Assembly (NCBI GenBank): GCA_963749075.1
Contig: CAVVLJ010000004.1
Coordinates: 448,001-512,000 of the forward strand
DNA: 64,000 bases
Direction of reading: 5' to 3'
DNA from: an uncultured Pseudomonadota bacterium
Lineage (GTDB): Bacteria; Pseudomonadota; Alphaproteobacteria; JACZXZ01
Shown here: positions 22,709 to 33,326 of the stretch, in pieces
How positions within the stretch are numbered: position 1 is the first letter of the stretch
How the letters are laid out: every line of letters starts with the position of its first letter
The notes under the pieces: model-generated
Told to the model about the DNA's origin: nothing
The model's input: the letters and a program-made list of their open reading frames with translations, nothing else
The model's database searches: none
Translations under genes and position numbers: made by a program

Positions 22709-24127
22709 CTAGTGGGCGAGCTCGGCGAGGGTGTGCTCGTTGCCCGGGGCGAGGATGACGCACTCGTGACGCTGCCGGTGGATCTTGCCGCAGGCGGCGT
22801 GCGCCTCGCCCGCGCTGATGCCGGTCAGGCGGGCGCGATAGACCATGCCGCGGCCGGCCGGGCCGCGCACGACGGAGACCGTCGCCTTGCGCAATCCGGC
22901 GAACGCGTGCTTCACCCTGAGCGCCGCCGAGTGGGCCTGGCGGCTGTGGGCATAGGCGCCCACTTGGATGCCCCAGCGGTTGCCCCAGTGGGACGCCGGA
23001 TGCCGCTCCTCGGCCTGATCGTCCTCGATCACCGCGAGGGCAGGCGCCGTCTTGACGTTGGCACTGGGCGCTTGGCCGGTGCTTGCCGCGGCGCCGGCCG
23101 GCGCGGCGGCTGCCTCGCGGGGTTCGGCGGCGGCGGGTGCCGCGCCCGGCGCATCGCCGAGCGGAGCCGAGCTCACGGCGGCGATCGCCGCCGCCGGCAT
23201 CTTGGGGCCATCATCCTTGGCGTCATTGTCCTTGGCGCCCGCGCGGGCGAGGAAGGGTCCGGCCGCCGAAGCGGGGGCCGCCGCGGGCGCGGCATAGCTC
23301 GCCTGGCGGACGACGGCGCGCCGGTCGAAGCCCGAGTCGAGAAGGCGCATCATCGCTCGGTCGCGCGCAGCACCGGTACGGCCGCCCAGCACCACGCCGA
23401 TGAGGCGCCGGCCGTCGCGCACCGCGGAGGTCACCAGATTGTAGCCCGAGGCATGGATGTAGCCCGTCTTGAGCCCGTCCGCCCCGTCGTAATTGACCAG
23501 CACGTGATTGTGGGTGGGGATGGTGGTGCCCTGGAAGGTGAACTCGCGGGCGCTGAAGTAGTGGTAGAATTGCGGATAGTCGCGGATGAGCGCGCGCGCG
23601 AGCGCCGCCATGTCGCGCGCCGTCGTGACCTGATCCGGATCGGGCAGGCCCGAGGCGTTGTAGAAATGGGTGGCGGTCATGCCGAGCTGGGCCGCCTTCT
23701 TCGTCATGAGCTCGGCGAAATGATCCTCGCTGCCGCCCAGCGCCTCGGCCAGCACCACGGCGGCGTCATTGGCCGACTTGACGGTGAGACCGAGGACGGC
23801 CTCCTCCACCGTGATCGTCTCGCCCGGCTCCAGATCGAGCTTGGTCGGCTCCTGTGCCGCGGCGTGCGGCGACACGCCGAGCGGCTGATTGAGCTTGAGG
23901 CGTCCTTGCTGCACGGCCTCGAACGTGAGGTAGAGGGTCATCATCTTGGTGAGCGAGGCCGGGTAGGTCCGCGCATCGGCATTATAAGATTCGAGCACCT
24001 GGCCGGTCCTGGCGTCGATCACCAGCGCTTCATACGCCTCGGGTCTTGCCAAGGCCGGCTGCGCCCACAGCACGGCACTGCCGAGAAGCAGCAGAACGGC
24101 AACGCTAGAGAGCCGGCCTCGAGACAT
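22709..24127 (-). CDS. D-alanyl-D-alanine carboxypeptidase (S11) with C-terminal SPOR domain
   Basis: YPASLTK (SxxK), KSAND (SxN), GLKTG, WGIQVGAY SPOR start, signal peptide. Confidence 0.92.
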   Translation of the reverse strand: MSRGRLSSVAVLLLLGSAVLWAQPALARPEAYEALVIDARTGQVLESYNADARTYPASLTKMMTLYLTFEAVQQGRLKLNQPLGVSPHAAAQEPTKLDLEPGETITVEEAVLGLTVKSANDAAVVLAEALGGSEDHFAELMTKKAAQLGMTATHFYNASGLPDPDQVTTARDMAALARALIRDYPQFYHYFSAREFTFQGTTIPTHNHVLVNYDGADGLKTGYIHASGYNLVTSAVRDGRRLIGVVLGGRTGAARDRAMMRLLDSGFDRRAVVRQASYAAPAAAPASAAGPFLARAGAKDNDAKDDGPKMPAAAIAAVSSAPLGDAPGAAPAAAEPREAAAAPAGAAASTGQAPSANVKTAPALAVIEDDQAEERHPASHWGNRWGIQVGAYAHSRQAHSAALRVKHAFAGLRKATVSVVRGPAGRGMVYRARLTGISAGEAHAACGKIHRQRHECVILAPGNEHTLAELAH

Positions 24128-24423
24128 GAAACGACCTCCCATCTGCCCTCAACTCTCCCCCTCGAGCGAGTTCTCTCCCGGACACTGCCCAATGAATCCC
24201 TGATCAGATTGCGGCAATTCTATGGAACGACAGATTCCGTGTCTACCCAAAACGCCGCACCAAGAAAAAAATCGAGCTATTCGGCAGCGAATGCCTGCTG
24301 TGCTTGGCCCTCTCCGCGCTGCCGAGGACGCCGCCGCGGGCAGGGCGGGCGTCGTCGGAGCAGGCTCCCCGGCGCGCCTTCGGGCGATGCCCGCGACGCC
24401 CGGGCATGGTGCGGAATCTCTTT

Positions 24424-24497
24424 TGTTGCAATGCACAATAAATCTTGACAACCGCGAGGGGTTGCCTATATTCCGGTCATTGCTGCAATGCAGCATA
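24424..24497 (+). promoter_or_regulatory. Phasin promoter with PhaR-like TGC-repeat boxes
   Basis: CTTGAC (24444)-N16-CTATAT, flanked by TTGCAATGCA and TTGCTGCAATGCAGCA. Confidence 0.6.
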
Positions 24498-24578
24498 ACC
24501 GCTTGGCGTGCAGGCCGGATTCGGCGTGGGCGGTGCGCGTTCGCGCTTTATTTCAGCATATGGAAAGGAGTCCCGGAG

Positions 24579-25106
24579 ATGGCATCCAAAGGCAAGACTG
24601 AGAGGCCGGTGCAACCGCTCGGGTCGGTTGTCGAGGCCGGCAAGCAGACGGTCGAGAGCGTGGTCAAGGCATCGACCGAGGCCGCGACGAAGAACTACGG
24701 GAAGGCGATCGCCGCGACTCAGGAGCAGCTCGAGAAGGCGACGAGTGCCGCGTTCCAGAGCTACGACGAGTTCGCAGCGCTCGGCAAGGACAACCTCGAC
24801 GCCTTCGTCAAGGCCTCGACCGTGCTGGTCAAGGGCTTCGAGACGCTCGGCAAGGAGGTCGCGAGCTACGGCCAGACCTCGATCGAGAAGAGCGTGGCGA
24901 GCGCGCAGGCGCTGTTCGGCGTGAAGACGCTGCGCGAGCTGGTCGAGCTGCAGACCGAGATGGCCAAGGAGAGCTTCGATGCCCTGGTGGCCGGGGGCAC
25001 CAGGATCGGCGAGCTCTCGGTGAAGGTGGCGAACGATGCCTTCGAGCCGATCCAGGAGCAGGTGAGCGTGGCGGTCGAGAAGATGCTGAAGCCGATCGCC
25101 GCCTGA
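24579..25106 (+). CDS. phaP: Phasin family protein
   Basis: Ala/Lys/Glu-rich helical protein (KDNLDAFVKAS, KTLRELVELQT, AFEPI). Typical position between the S11 peptidase and clpS. Confidence 0.85.
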   Translation: MASKGKTERPVQPLGSVVEAGKQTVESVVKASTEAATKNYGKAIAATQEQLEKATSAAFQSYDEFAALGKDNLDAFVKASTVLVKGFETLGKEVASYGQTSIEKSVASAQALFGVKTLRELVELQTEMAKESFDALVAGGTRIGELSVKVANDAFEPIQEQVSVAVEKMLKPIAA

Positions 25107-25134
25107 CGTTTCTCCACCGGCGGCAGTGCGTTCC

Positions 25135-25171
25135 AAAGGGCTCGCGATCGATCGCGGGCCCTTTGTCGTTT
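25135..25171 (+). terminator. Intrinsic terminator after phasin
   Basis: AAAGGGCTCGCGAT-CG-ATCGCGGGCCCTTT hairpin followed by a T-rich tract. Confidence 0.6.
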
Positions 25172-25306
25172 CCGTGGTATGCTTCACCGCCGCGCGGCGG
25201 CGCATTAAGTCACCCTTGAGCCGCTTCGAAGGGTTTTGTGTTGCGCGCGATTTTGAATATCATAGGCGGATCTTGGGCGACCCTGGGATAAGATCGTCGA
25301 GCGGCC

Positions 25307-25636
25307 ATGGGCAACACGCGCAAGTCTGACGAGGATGGCGGCACCGGCACGGGCGTAGTGGTCAAGCCCCGGCCGAAGACCAAGAAGCCCGCGCTCTACA
25401 AGGTGCTGATGCTGAACGACGACTACACGCCAATGGAGTTTGTCGTGCATGTTCTGGAGCGCTTTTTCGGCAAGAGCCATCAGGATGCGACGCAGATCAT
25501 GCTGCACGTCCATCGCCGCGGCGTGGGCGTGTGCGGCGTCTACAGCTTCGAGGTGGCCGAGACCAAGGTCAATCAAGTGATCGACTACGCGCGGCGCCAT
25601 CAGCATCCGCTGCAATGCACGCTCGAGAAGGAATAG
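25307..25636 (+). CDS. clpS: ATP-dependent Clp protease adaptor ClpS
   Basis: [37 protein letters not shown]. Confidence 0.97.
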   Translation: MGNTRKSDEDGGTGTGVVVKPRPKTKKPALYKVLMLNDDYTPMEFVVHVLERFFGKSHQDATQIMLHVHRRGVGVCGVYSFEVAETKVNQVIDYARRHQHPLQCTLEKE

Positions 25637-25666
25637 CCGCATCCCATTGGAGACAGGTCAAGCCGC

Positions 25667-27997
25667 ATGCTCTCACCCAACCTCGAACAGAGCCTTCACC
25701 GCGCGCTGGCGCTGGCCAACGAGCGGCGGCACGAATACGCGACGCTCGAGCACCTGCTGCTCGCCCTCTCCGAGGACGCGGACGCGCTCGCGGTGCTGCG
25801 CGCCTGCGGCGTCGACGTGGACCGCCTGAGGCGCGAGCTCACCGACTACGTCGACAACGAGCTCTCGAGCCTCATCACCAACCGGCTCGAGGACGCCAAG
25901 CCCACCGCGGGCTTCCAGCGCGTCCTCCAGCGCGCCGCCATCCACGTGCAGTCGTCCGGCCGGGAGGAGGTGACGGGTGCCAACGTGCTGGTCGCCATGT
26001 TCGCCGAGCGCGAGTCCCACGCCGTGTTCTTCCTCCAGGAGCAGGACATGACGCGGCTCGACGCGGTCAACTACATCTCGCACGGCATCGCCAAGGTGCC
26101 GGGCCACACCCAGGCCAAGAGCCCGCACGGCGCCGACGACGACGCGGCACCGGAGAAGGTGGTGCGGCGCGGGCAGGACGCGCTCGGCAGCTATTGCGTC
26201 AACCTCAACGAGAAGGCGCGCCAGGGCAAGATCGACCCGCTCATCGGCCGCGAAGCGGAGGTCGAGCGCACCATCCAGATCCTGTGCCGGCGCCAGAAGA
26301 ACAATCCGCTCTACGTGGGCGATCCGGGCGTGGGCAAGACCGCGATCGCCGAAGGCCTAGCCAGGCGCATCGTGCGCGGCGAGGTGCCCGACGTGCTGCG
26401 CGGCTCGGTGATCTACAGCCTCGACATGGGAGCGCTGCTCGCCGGCACGCGCTACCGCGGCGACTTCGAGGAGCGGCTCAAGGCGGTCATCAACGAGCTC
26501 GAGCACCAGAAGAACGCCATCCTCTTCATCGACGAGATCCACACGGTGATCGGCGCGGGCGCCACCAGCGGCGGCTCGATGGACGCCTCCAACTTGCTCA
26601 AGCCGGCGCTCGCCGGCGGCACCATCCGCTGCATCGGCTCGACGACCTACAAGGAGTACCGCAACTACTTCGAGAAGGACCGCGCGCTCGTCCGCCGCTT
26701 CCAGAAGATCGACGTGAACGAGCCGTCGGTCGAGGATTCGATCAAGATCCTGCAGGGCCTCAAGCCCTATTACGAGCGCCACCACCGCGTGCGCTACACC
26801 GCCGAGGCGATCCGCGCCGCGGTCGAGCTCTCGGCGCGCTACATCACCGACCGCAAGCTGCCCGACAAGGCGATCGACGTGATCGACGAGGTGGGGGCGG
26901 CGCAGATGCTGGTCGCCGAGAACAAGCGCAAGAAGACGGTGGCGCTCAAGGACGTGGAGGCCGTGGTCGCCAAGATCGCGCGCATCCCGCCGCGCAACGT
27001 GAGCCGCGACGACAAGAGCGTGCTGCGGGGCCTCGAGCAGGACCTGAAGCGCATGGTCTTCGGCCAGGACCGCGCCATCCACGCGCTGTCGTCTGCCATC
27101 AAGCTCGCCCGCGCGGGCCTGCGCGAGCCGGAGAAGCCGATCGGCTGCTATCTCTTCTCGGGTCCGACCGGCGTCGGCAAGACCGAGGTGGCGCGCCAGC
27201 TCGCGCACTCGCTCTCGGTCGAGCTCATCCGCTTCGACATGTCCGAGTACATGGAGCGCCACAGCGTCTCGCGGCTCATCGGAGCACCCCCCGGCTACGT
27301 CGGCTTCGACCAGGGCGGCTTGCTCACCGACGCGGTCGACCAGCACCCCTACGCGGTCCTCCTCCTCGACGAGATCGAGAAGGCGCATCCCGACCTCTTC
27401 AACATCCTTCTCCAGGTCATGGACCACGGCAAGCTCACCGATCACAACGGCAAGACCATCGACTTCCGCAACGTCATCCTCATCATGACGACGAACGCGG
27501 GCGCCGCCGACATGGCGAAGCACCCCATCGGCTTCGAGCGCACGACCCGGCTCGGCGACGACCAGGACGCCATCAACCGCATGTTCACGCCGGAGTTCCG
27601 CAACCGCCTCGATGCCACCATCGGCTTCGCGCATCTCACGCCGGAGACCGTCGAGCGCGTGGTCGACAAGTTCGTCATCCAGCTCGAGGAGCAGCTCGCC
27701 GACCGCAACGTCTCGATCGAGTTGACACCCGAGGCGCGGCGCTGGCTCGCCCAGAAGGGCTACGATCCGGCCTTCGGCGCGCGGCCGCTCGGCCGCGTCA
27801 TCCAGGAGCACGTCAAGAAGGGCATCGCCGACGAGCTCCTCTTCGGCAAGCTCGTCCACGGCGGCATCGTCAAGGTGCGGCTCGAGGGCGATGTGCTCGC
27901 CTTCGATTATCTCCCCGAGATCCGCACCAAGCGGAAGGCCAAGGAGGGCGGCGGCGAGCCGGTGCCGCCGCCGCCGCCGCCGGCGCTCGTGGAGTAG
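25667..27997 (+). CDS. clpA: ATP-dependent Clp protease ATP-binding subunit ClpA
   Basis: Two AAA modules ([16 protein letters not shown]), IGF loop, directly after clpS. Confidence 0.97.
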   Translation: MLSPNLEQSLHRALALANERRHEYATLEHLLLALSEDADALAVLRACGVDVDRLRRELTDYVDNELSSLITNRLEDAKPTAGFQRVLQRAAIHVQSSGREEVTGANVLVAMFAERESHAVFFLQEQDMTRLDAVNYISHGIAKVPGHTQAKSPHGADDDAAPEKVVRRGQDALGSYCVNLNEKARQGKIDPLIGREAEVERTIQILCRRQKNNPLYVGDPGVGKTAIAEGLARRIVRGEVPDVLRGSVIYSLDMGALLAGTRYRGDFEERLKAVINELEHQKNAILFIDEIHTVIGAGATSGGSMDASNLLKPALAGGTIRCIGSTTYKEYRNYFEKDRALVRRFQKIDVNEPSVEDSIKILQGLKPYYERHHRVRYTAEAIRAAVELSARYITDRKLPDKAIDVIDEVGAAQMLVAENKRKKTVALKDVEAVVAKIARIPPRNVSRDDKSVLRGLEQDLKRMVFGQDRAIHALSSAIKLARAGLREPEKPIGCYLFSGPTGVGKTEVARQLAHSLSVELIRFDMSEYMERHSVSRLIGAPPGYVGFDQGGLLTDAVDQHPYAVLLLDEIEKAHPDLFNILLQVMDHGKLTDHNGKTIDFRNVILIMTTNAGAADMAKHPIGFERTTRLGDDQDAINRMFTPEFRNRLDATIGFAHLTPETVERVVDKFVIQLEEQLADRNVSIELTPEARRWLAQKGYDPAFGARPLGRVIQEHVKKGIADELLFGKLVHGGIVKVRLEGDVLAFDYLPEIRTKRKAKEGGGEPVPPPPPPALVE

Positions 27998-28031
27998 CAG
28001 CGGCACGGAAGCCGTCTCTGGCGGTAGCGTC

Positions 28032-29165
28032 ATGGTGCACCGCTTTCTCGAGGGCGTGCGCGTCCTCGACCTCAGCCAATATGTGCCGGGGCCTTACGCG
28101 GCGCTCATCCTGGCCGACCTCGGCGCCGAGGTGGTCAAGCTCGAGCCGCCCGGCGGCGAGCCCATGCGGCGCGCGGCACTCCGCGGCAAGGACGGCGTCT
28201 CCGCCCATTACAAGGTGATGAACGGCGGCAAGACGGTCGTCGAGCTCGACCTCAAGTCGCCCGCCGGCAAGGCAGGCTTCGAGACGCTCCTCGCCGCCGC
28301 CGACGTCATGGTCGAGTCCTACCGCCCGGGCGTGCTCGACCGCCTGGGCTTCACGCGCGAGCGGCTCCTTGAGCTCAACCCGCGGCTCGTCCATGTGGCG
28401 CTCTCGGGCTGGGGGCAGGGCGGGCCCTACCGGCTCAAGGCCGGCCACGACATCAATTACATGTCGCTCGGCGGCGGCCTCATCGCCGCGGGCCCGCTTG
28501 CGGCACCCTCCTTCGCCTGGCCGCCCGCCGCCGATTACGCGAGCGGCATCCAGGCGGCGGCGGCGGCGCTCGCCGGCCTGGTGCGCCGCGGCCGCACCGG
28601 CACGGGCGCCTTCATCGACGTGAGCCTCGCCGAGAGCGTGCTCGCCTGGCAGTCGATCGGCCTCACCTCGGCGGCGCGCGGCGCGGGCGCGCCCACGCGC
28701 GCCGCCGGCCAGCTGAACGGCGGTGCCGCCTGCTACAACATCTACCGCACCAAGGACGGGCGCTTCCTCTCGCTGGGCAATCTCGAGGCGAAGTTCTGGG
28801 CCAACTTCTGCCGCGCGGTCGGGCGGCCGGTGTGGATCCCGCGCCAATGGGAACCCCTCCCGCAGCATACCCTCATCGCCGAGCTCGCGGCCCTCTTTGC
28901 CGCCGAGCCGCTCGCCCATTGGGAACGCATCTTGGAACCGGTCGACAACTGCTTCGAGCCGGTGCGCGAATTCGCCGAGATCGAAGATCACGCGCAGGTG
29001 GCGGCGCGCCGGCTCGTGCAGCGCACGGAGGGGCCCGAGCCGCTCGTCGAGGTGCTCTTCCCCGCCTGGGTCGACGGCGCGCCGCCGGGCCCGCGCCCGC
29101 CCGTGCGCTTCGCGGAGGCGGGCGAGGTGGTGGGCGCCTGGCAGGCGCCGGCGGTCGCGGAATAG
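28032..29165 (+). CDS. CaiB/BaiF family (class III) CoA transferase
   Basis: RVLDLSQYVPGP, ADLGAEVVKLE, LDLKS, ESYRPGV, AGHDINY. Confidence 0.92.
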   Translation: MVHRFLEGVRVLDLSQYVPGPYAALILADLGAEVVKLEPPGGEPMRRAALRGKDGVSAHYKVMNGGKTVVELDLKSPAGKAGFETLLAAADVMVESYRPGVLDRLGFTRERLLELNPRLVHVALSGWGQGGPYRLKAGHDINYMSLGGGLIAAGPLAAPSFAWPPAADYASGIQAAAAALAGLVRRGRTGTGAFIDVSLAESVLAWQSIGLTSAARGAGAPTRAAGQLNGGAACYNIYRTKDGRFLSLGNLEAKFWANFCRAVGRPVWIPRQWEPLPQHTLIAELAALFAAEPLAHWERILEPVDNCFEPVREFAEIEDHAQVAARRLVQRTEGPEPLVEVLFPAWVDGAPPGPRPPVRFAEAGEVVGAWQAPAVAE

Positions 29166-29173
29166 GCGCTCCG

Positions 29174-30010
29174 CTATTTCGCCGGCGCAGTCTCGTCGAA
29201 GGGGGACGCCGGCAGAGGGGCTGCCGTCGGATCGGGCGTCTGCGGCGTACCGAACTTCACGTCGACGCGGCCGCGGCGCCCGCCGTCCGGATATTTGCCC
29301 TCGTCGACGAGCGCCTGGCGGCGCTGCGTATAGAGGCTGCGCATGGAGGCGTAATAGTCGATCGAGGTGCTCTCGATGGCGTCGAGCGCGTCGAGGTATT
29401 GCGTGCGCTCGTCGAGCGTGGAGACGCTCGACTTGGCCAGGTTCGCGTAAGTGATCGCCGCCGAGCCGCCGATGAAGAAGAAGGGATCGACGACGAAGCC
29501 GACCAGGATACCGACCGTATCGCGGAGATCCGAGGGGCCGAAAAAGGGCAGCTCGACATAGGGCCCCGGGTCGATGCCCCAGACGCCGAAGGTCTGACCG
29601 AAGTCGGCGTCGTGGTGCGGCAGTTCCCAGCGGACGGCGATGTCGAAGATGCCGAGGCCGCCTACGGTGGTGTTCACGACAAAGCGGCGCAGCGCCGTCC
29701 AGGCGAGGCCGAGATTGCCCTGGAGCAGGTCGTTGAGCCCGACCACCGGCTCGCCGAGATTGGCGAGCACGTTGTGGACGCCCTTGCGCACGCCCTCGGG
29801 CAGGTTGTCGCGGTAGGCGACCGCCACCGGCTTCATCACGTTGCGGTCGGCGAACTGGTTGGCCGAGAAGACGTCGCGGTTCGCCCCCTCGACGGGATCG
29901 CTCACGTCGCCCGCCTGCGCCGCCGCAGCCGCCCCGCCGGGCGGATCGGAGCAGGCGGCGAGAGAGAGGAGCACCGCCGTGACGAGCGGCACATGGAGAG
30001 CGGATCTCAT
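29174..30010 (-). CDS. mlaA: VacJ/MlaA lipoprotein
   Basis: Lipobox LAAC, DPVEGANR, RFVVNTTVG, DFGQTFG, LPFFGPSDLRD. Confidence 0.92.
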   Translation of the reverse strand: MRSALHVPLVTAVLLSLAACSDPPGGAAAAAQAGDVSDPVEGANRDVFSANQFADRNVMKPVAVAYRDNLPEGVRKGVHNVLANLGEPVVGLNDLLQGNLGLAWTALRRFVVNTTVGGLGIFDIAVRWELPHHDADFGQTFGVWGIDPGPYVELPFFGPSDLRDTVGILVGFVVDPFFFIGGSAAITYANLAKSSVSTLDERTQYLDALDAIESTSIDYYASMRSLYTQRRQALVDEGKYPDGGRRGRVDVKFGTPQTPDPTAAPLPASPFDETAPAK

Positions 30011-30576
30011 GGCCCTCTCGGTTATGCGACTTGTCCTGCCCCGCCAATGATCGCCGTCACAGCTCGAGCCCCGGCCGGCGGAAGCGGGCGCGCAAAGGGC
30101 GCGCCATCCCTCTCGCACATCTTATGCCGCGTCGCCCCGCGGCGTACAATACCGTCGGCGCCCCGGACCGGCCGACCCCGCGTCCGGGGCGGCGCAGGGA
30201 AGCCGCTGCTGCTCCATATGTCTCCATAGGACTCCACAAAGCGCGGCCAAGGACCCCGGCCGGCGCCCTGTAAGTTGGGCGCCGCGCGCATGGCCGCCAT
30301 GGCCGGAGAGATGCCATGTTTGCATTTTAGGCAAAGGCCGGCCTAGTTTTTGCGCCGCCGCGGAGGGGCCCGCTCCCGCGCGGCCGGAAGTCCCCGAGCC
30401 CGTCGGCCTTGCCGCCGCGGGGAGCGGGGCCGCGGCGGCAGGCGAAGCTTGGAGACGAGATGACGTCCTTACCGCTCGGCAAGCCGAGACAAGCACATGG
30501 CGCGGTCCGCACGGCGCTGCCCGCGGACCCTGCGATCGCAGGCCAAGCGCCTCAGCGTTCCGGAGGGGCACGCATC

Positions 30577-31290
30577 ATGGCGGCTCAGAAGCGCATTCTT
30601 CTGGTAGACGACGATACGGAGCTGGTCGAGATGATCCGCGAATACCTCGAGCCCGAGGGCTTCGCGGTCGACGTCGCCCACGACAGCGAGACGTGCCTCG
30701 CGAGCGAGCCCGAGCGCAAGGACCTCATCATCCTCGACGTGATGCTGCCGGGGCTTTCGGGGCTCGAGGTCCTCAAGGCGCTGCGCCAGCGCTCGTCGGT
30801 GCCGGTCATCCTCCTGACCGCGCGCGACGGCGAGCTGGACCGCGTGGTGGGCCTCGAGATCGGCGCCGACGATTACGTGCCGAAGCCGTTCAATCCGCGC
30901 GAGCTCGTGGCGCGCATGCGCGCGGTGCTGCGCCGGACCTCGGCCGACGGACCCCGCCCGGCGCCCGATCTCGCGGTCGGCGGCGTCCATCTCAACACCG
31001 CCGCGCGCAGCGCCTCCTGCGACGGCCGCCTCCTCGATCTCACCACCGCCGAGTTCAATCTTCTCGAGCATCTCCTGCGCCGGGCCGGTCAGATCGTGAC
31101 GCGCGACGAGCTGTCGGCGGCGGCCTTCGGCCGCCAGCAGATGACGCGGATCGACCGCAACGTCGACACGCTCGTCAGCAAGGTGAGGCGCAAGCTCGAC
31201 GCGGAGGGCGATCTCGAGGGGCGCATCAAGACCGTGCGCAATATCGGCTATCTCCTGGCACTTCCCCCATCCCCCTCCGAGCGAGGATAA
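30577..31290 (+). CDS. OmpR/CpxR-family response regulator
   Basis: LLVDDD, LDVMLP, GADDYVPKPF, winged helix IKTVRNIGY. Confidence 0.94.
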   Translation: MAAQKRILLVDDDTELVEMIREYLEPEGFAVDVAHDSETCLASEPERKDLIILDVMLPGLSGLEVLKALRQRSSVPVILLTARDGELDRVVGLEIGADDYVPKPFNPRELVARMRAVLRRTSADGPRPAPDLAVGGVHLNTAARSASCDGRLLDLTTAEFNLLEHLLRRAGQIVTRDELSAAAFGRQQMTRIDRNVDTLVSKVRRKLDAEGDLEGRIKTVRNIGYLLALPPSPSERG

Positions 31291-31294
31291 GGCG

Positions 31295-32638
31295 ATGCCG
31301 CGCACGCTCTTCGGCAAGATCTTCCTGTGGTCGGCGCTGGCGCAGCTCATCACGCTCGGCAGCATCCTGGCGCTGGTGACCTTCTACCTTCCCGAATCGG
31401 AGGAGGCCGTCAACAACGCCTGGTCGCTCTACGCCCACACCGCGGTCGTGCTCCTCGAGAAGTTCGGGCCGGCAGCACTCGACGAATTCCTCACCCGCAC
31501 CGGGGAGGACACGCTGCTCCAGCTGCAGCTCGAGGCGACGCGGCCCGGTGCTCCCTGCCTCTCGCCGGCTCCTGCCGGAGGCAACGCGGCGAGCAGCGCC
31601 GGCGGCACGCGCGCGCCCGACGATGACACCACCGCGATCGCGACGCGCGGGCTCGACGGCGATTATTGCCTCACCGTGCATGCCAAGGCCGGCGGGCTTC
31701 CGGAATCGCCCGAAAGCCGCCGCTCGCGCCTGCAGATCGCCATCCTCTTCGAGCTCCTGAGCTGCGCGGGCTTGAGCTATTTCATCGCGCGCTACCTGGC
31801 GCGGCCGATCTCGGAGCTGCGGCGCGCCGCGACCCGCCTCGCGCGCGGCGACCTTTCGGCGCGGGTCGGCGGCAAGTTCGCCGCGCGCAACGACGAGGCC
31901 GCCGATCTGGTGCGCGAGTTCGACCAGATGGCGGAGCGCGTCGCCGACCTGATCGTGGCGCAGCGCCGCCTCATCGGCGACATCTCGCACGAGATCAAGT
32001 CGCCGCTCGCGCGCCTCGCCGTGGCGCTCGGCTTGGCCCGGCGCGCGGCGGAAGGCTATGCGCCCAAGCAGTTCGAGCGCATGCAGCGCGAGATCGGGAA
32101 GATCACCCAGCTCGTGAGCGAGCTCTTGACGCTTGCCCGGCTCGAGCGCGACGACGCCGCCGCGCGGAGCGCTCCCGTGGACCTCGCCGCGGTCGTCGAG
32201 CGCATCGTGGCCGACGCGGTCTATGAATCCCAGAGCCGCGGGCACGACGTGGTGCTGCACCGGCCCGAGCGCCCGATCGTCGTCGAGGGCGACGAGGATC
32301 TCCTTCGCCAGGCGATCGAGAACGTCGTGCGCAACGCCATCTTCTATACCTCCGACGGCACCAAGGTGGAGGTCTCGCTCGCGCTTGAGCGCCCGGGCTG
32401 GGCCCGCCTCGAGATACGCGATCAGGGGCCCGGCGTGCCCGCCGAAGCCCTGGGCCACCTCTTCGAGCCGTTCTACCGCGTCGACCAGGCGCGTGCGCGC
32501 AAGACCGGCGGAACCGGCGTGGGCCTCGCGATCTGCGCGCGTGCCATACGGCTTCACGACGGCTTCGTCCATGTGCGGAACGGCGAGCAGCACGGCCTCG
32601 TCGTCGAGATCGGCCTGCCGCTCGGCCATGGCGCCTAG
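31295..32638 (+). CDS. CpxA-like sensor histidine kinase
   Basis: Two TM segments, HAMP, ISHEIKSPL, ENVVRNA, DQGPG, FYRVD, GTGVGL. Confidence 0.94.
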   Translation: MPRTLFGKIFLWSALAQLITLGSILALVTFYLPESEEAVNNAWSLYAHTAVVLLEKFGPAALDEFLTRTGEDTLLQLQLEATRPGAPCLSPAPAGGNAASSAGGTRAPDDDTTAIATRGLDGDYCLTVHAKAGGLPESPESRRSRLQIAILFELLSCAGLSYFIARYLARPISELRRAATRLARGDLSARVGGKFAARNDEAADLVREFDQMAERVADLIVAQRRLIGDISHEIKSPLARLAVALGLARRAAEGYAPKQFERMQREIGKITQLVSELLTLARLERDDAAARSAPVDLAAVVERIVADAVYESQSRGHDVVLHRPERPIVVEGDEDLLRQAIENVVRNAIFYTSDGTKVEVSLALERPGWARLEIRDQGPGVPAEALGHLFEPFYRVDQARARKTGGTGVGLAICARAIRLHDGFVHVRNGEQHGLVVEIGLPLGHGA

Positions 32639-32794
32639 GTCCATGTTCGGCGGATCCGCAAGCCCGGGTGTGACGCCGATGCAACAGGGCGGCCGCAAGC
32701 GTGCGGCGGCCGTCTTGTCTCGCGGCGCCGATCGCATAGATTTAGCCACTCGCAACCGGGTGGGCAGCACTCGGCCGGCCAAGTCGGGGTCGCG

Positions 32795-33133
32795 ATGAGT
32801 TACGCTTCCGTCCCGCTCGCAGCGCTGGCGCTCGCGGCCCTCATCGGCCTCACGCAGGCGCACGCCTTCCCGAACGAAGGGCCCGGCAGGGGCGGCGGCG
32901 GGCCGCAACAGCCCACGGCACCGGAGCAGCGCCCGCAGGGGCCGCCCTCGGGGTACGATTTCTCAGGCGAGCACTTCAATTTCTCCTTGCGCAGCAGGGG
33001 AGGCGCCCCTCCCGAGCAGCGCGATCCCGGCGCCCGGGGCAGCGCACCCGACAACCCGCCGCAGGGCAGCTCGCGCGGCTTCTTCGGCCGGGTGTGGCAC
33101 GGAGTCCGCGGTCTCTTCGACGGCGGCGACTGA
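32795..33133 (+). CDS. Small exported Pro/Gly-rich hypothetical protein
   Basis: Signal peptide ending AHA, low-complexity mature region. Confidence 0.65.
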   Translation: MSYASVPLAALALAALIGLTQAHAFPNEGPGRGGGGPQQPTAPEQRPQGPPSGYDFSGEHFNFSLRSRGGAPPEQRDPGARGSAPDNPPQGSSRGFFGRVWHGVRGLFDGGD

Positions 33134-33326
33134 GGCCGCGGTGGGCGCCGGCCGCGCGCCGGCAGGCCGACATCTCTCAAGCTATCTCCACACAACTCGA
33201 CAGGCTCTCCCGCGATGATGACGGTCTAAGCCGCTCATCGAGGATGGAGAGTGTCGATGCCCATTGCCGTTGCCCGCCTCGCCGCCGCCGCCGCCGGACC
33301 GCCCTCAGCGCCGCGGAGGCCTTGCC

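Noticed and set aside
20612-24448. Very long alternative-frame ORFs (e.g. 1278 aa here, 42835-46509, 7988-10498, 25531-28218)
   Set aside because: Shadow ORFs overlapping well-supported genes. Arg/Ala/Gly-rich or antisense frames like these are expected at high GC.
30011-30576. Small ORFs or ncRNA between mlaA and the response regulator
   Set aside because: Only GC-rich hairpins and low-complexity ORFs, with no recognisable motif.
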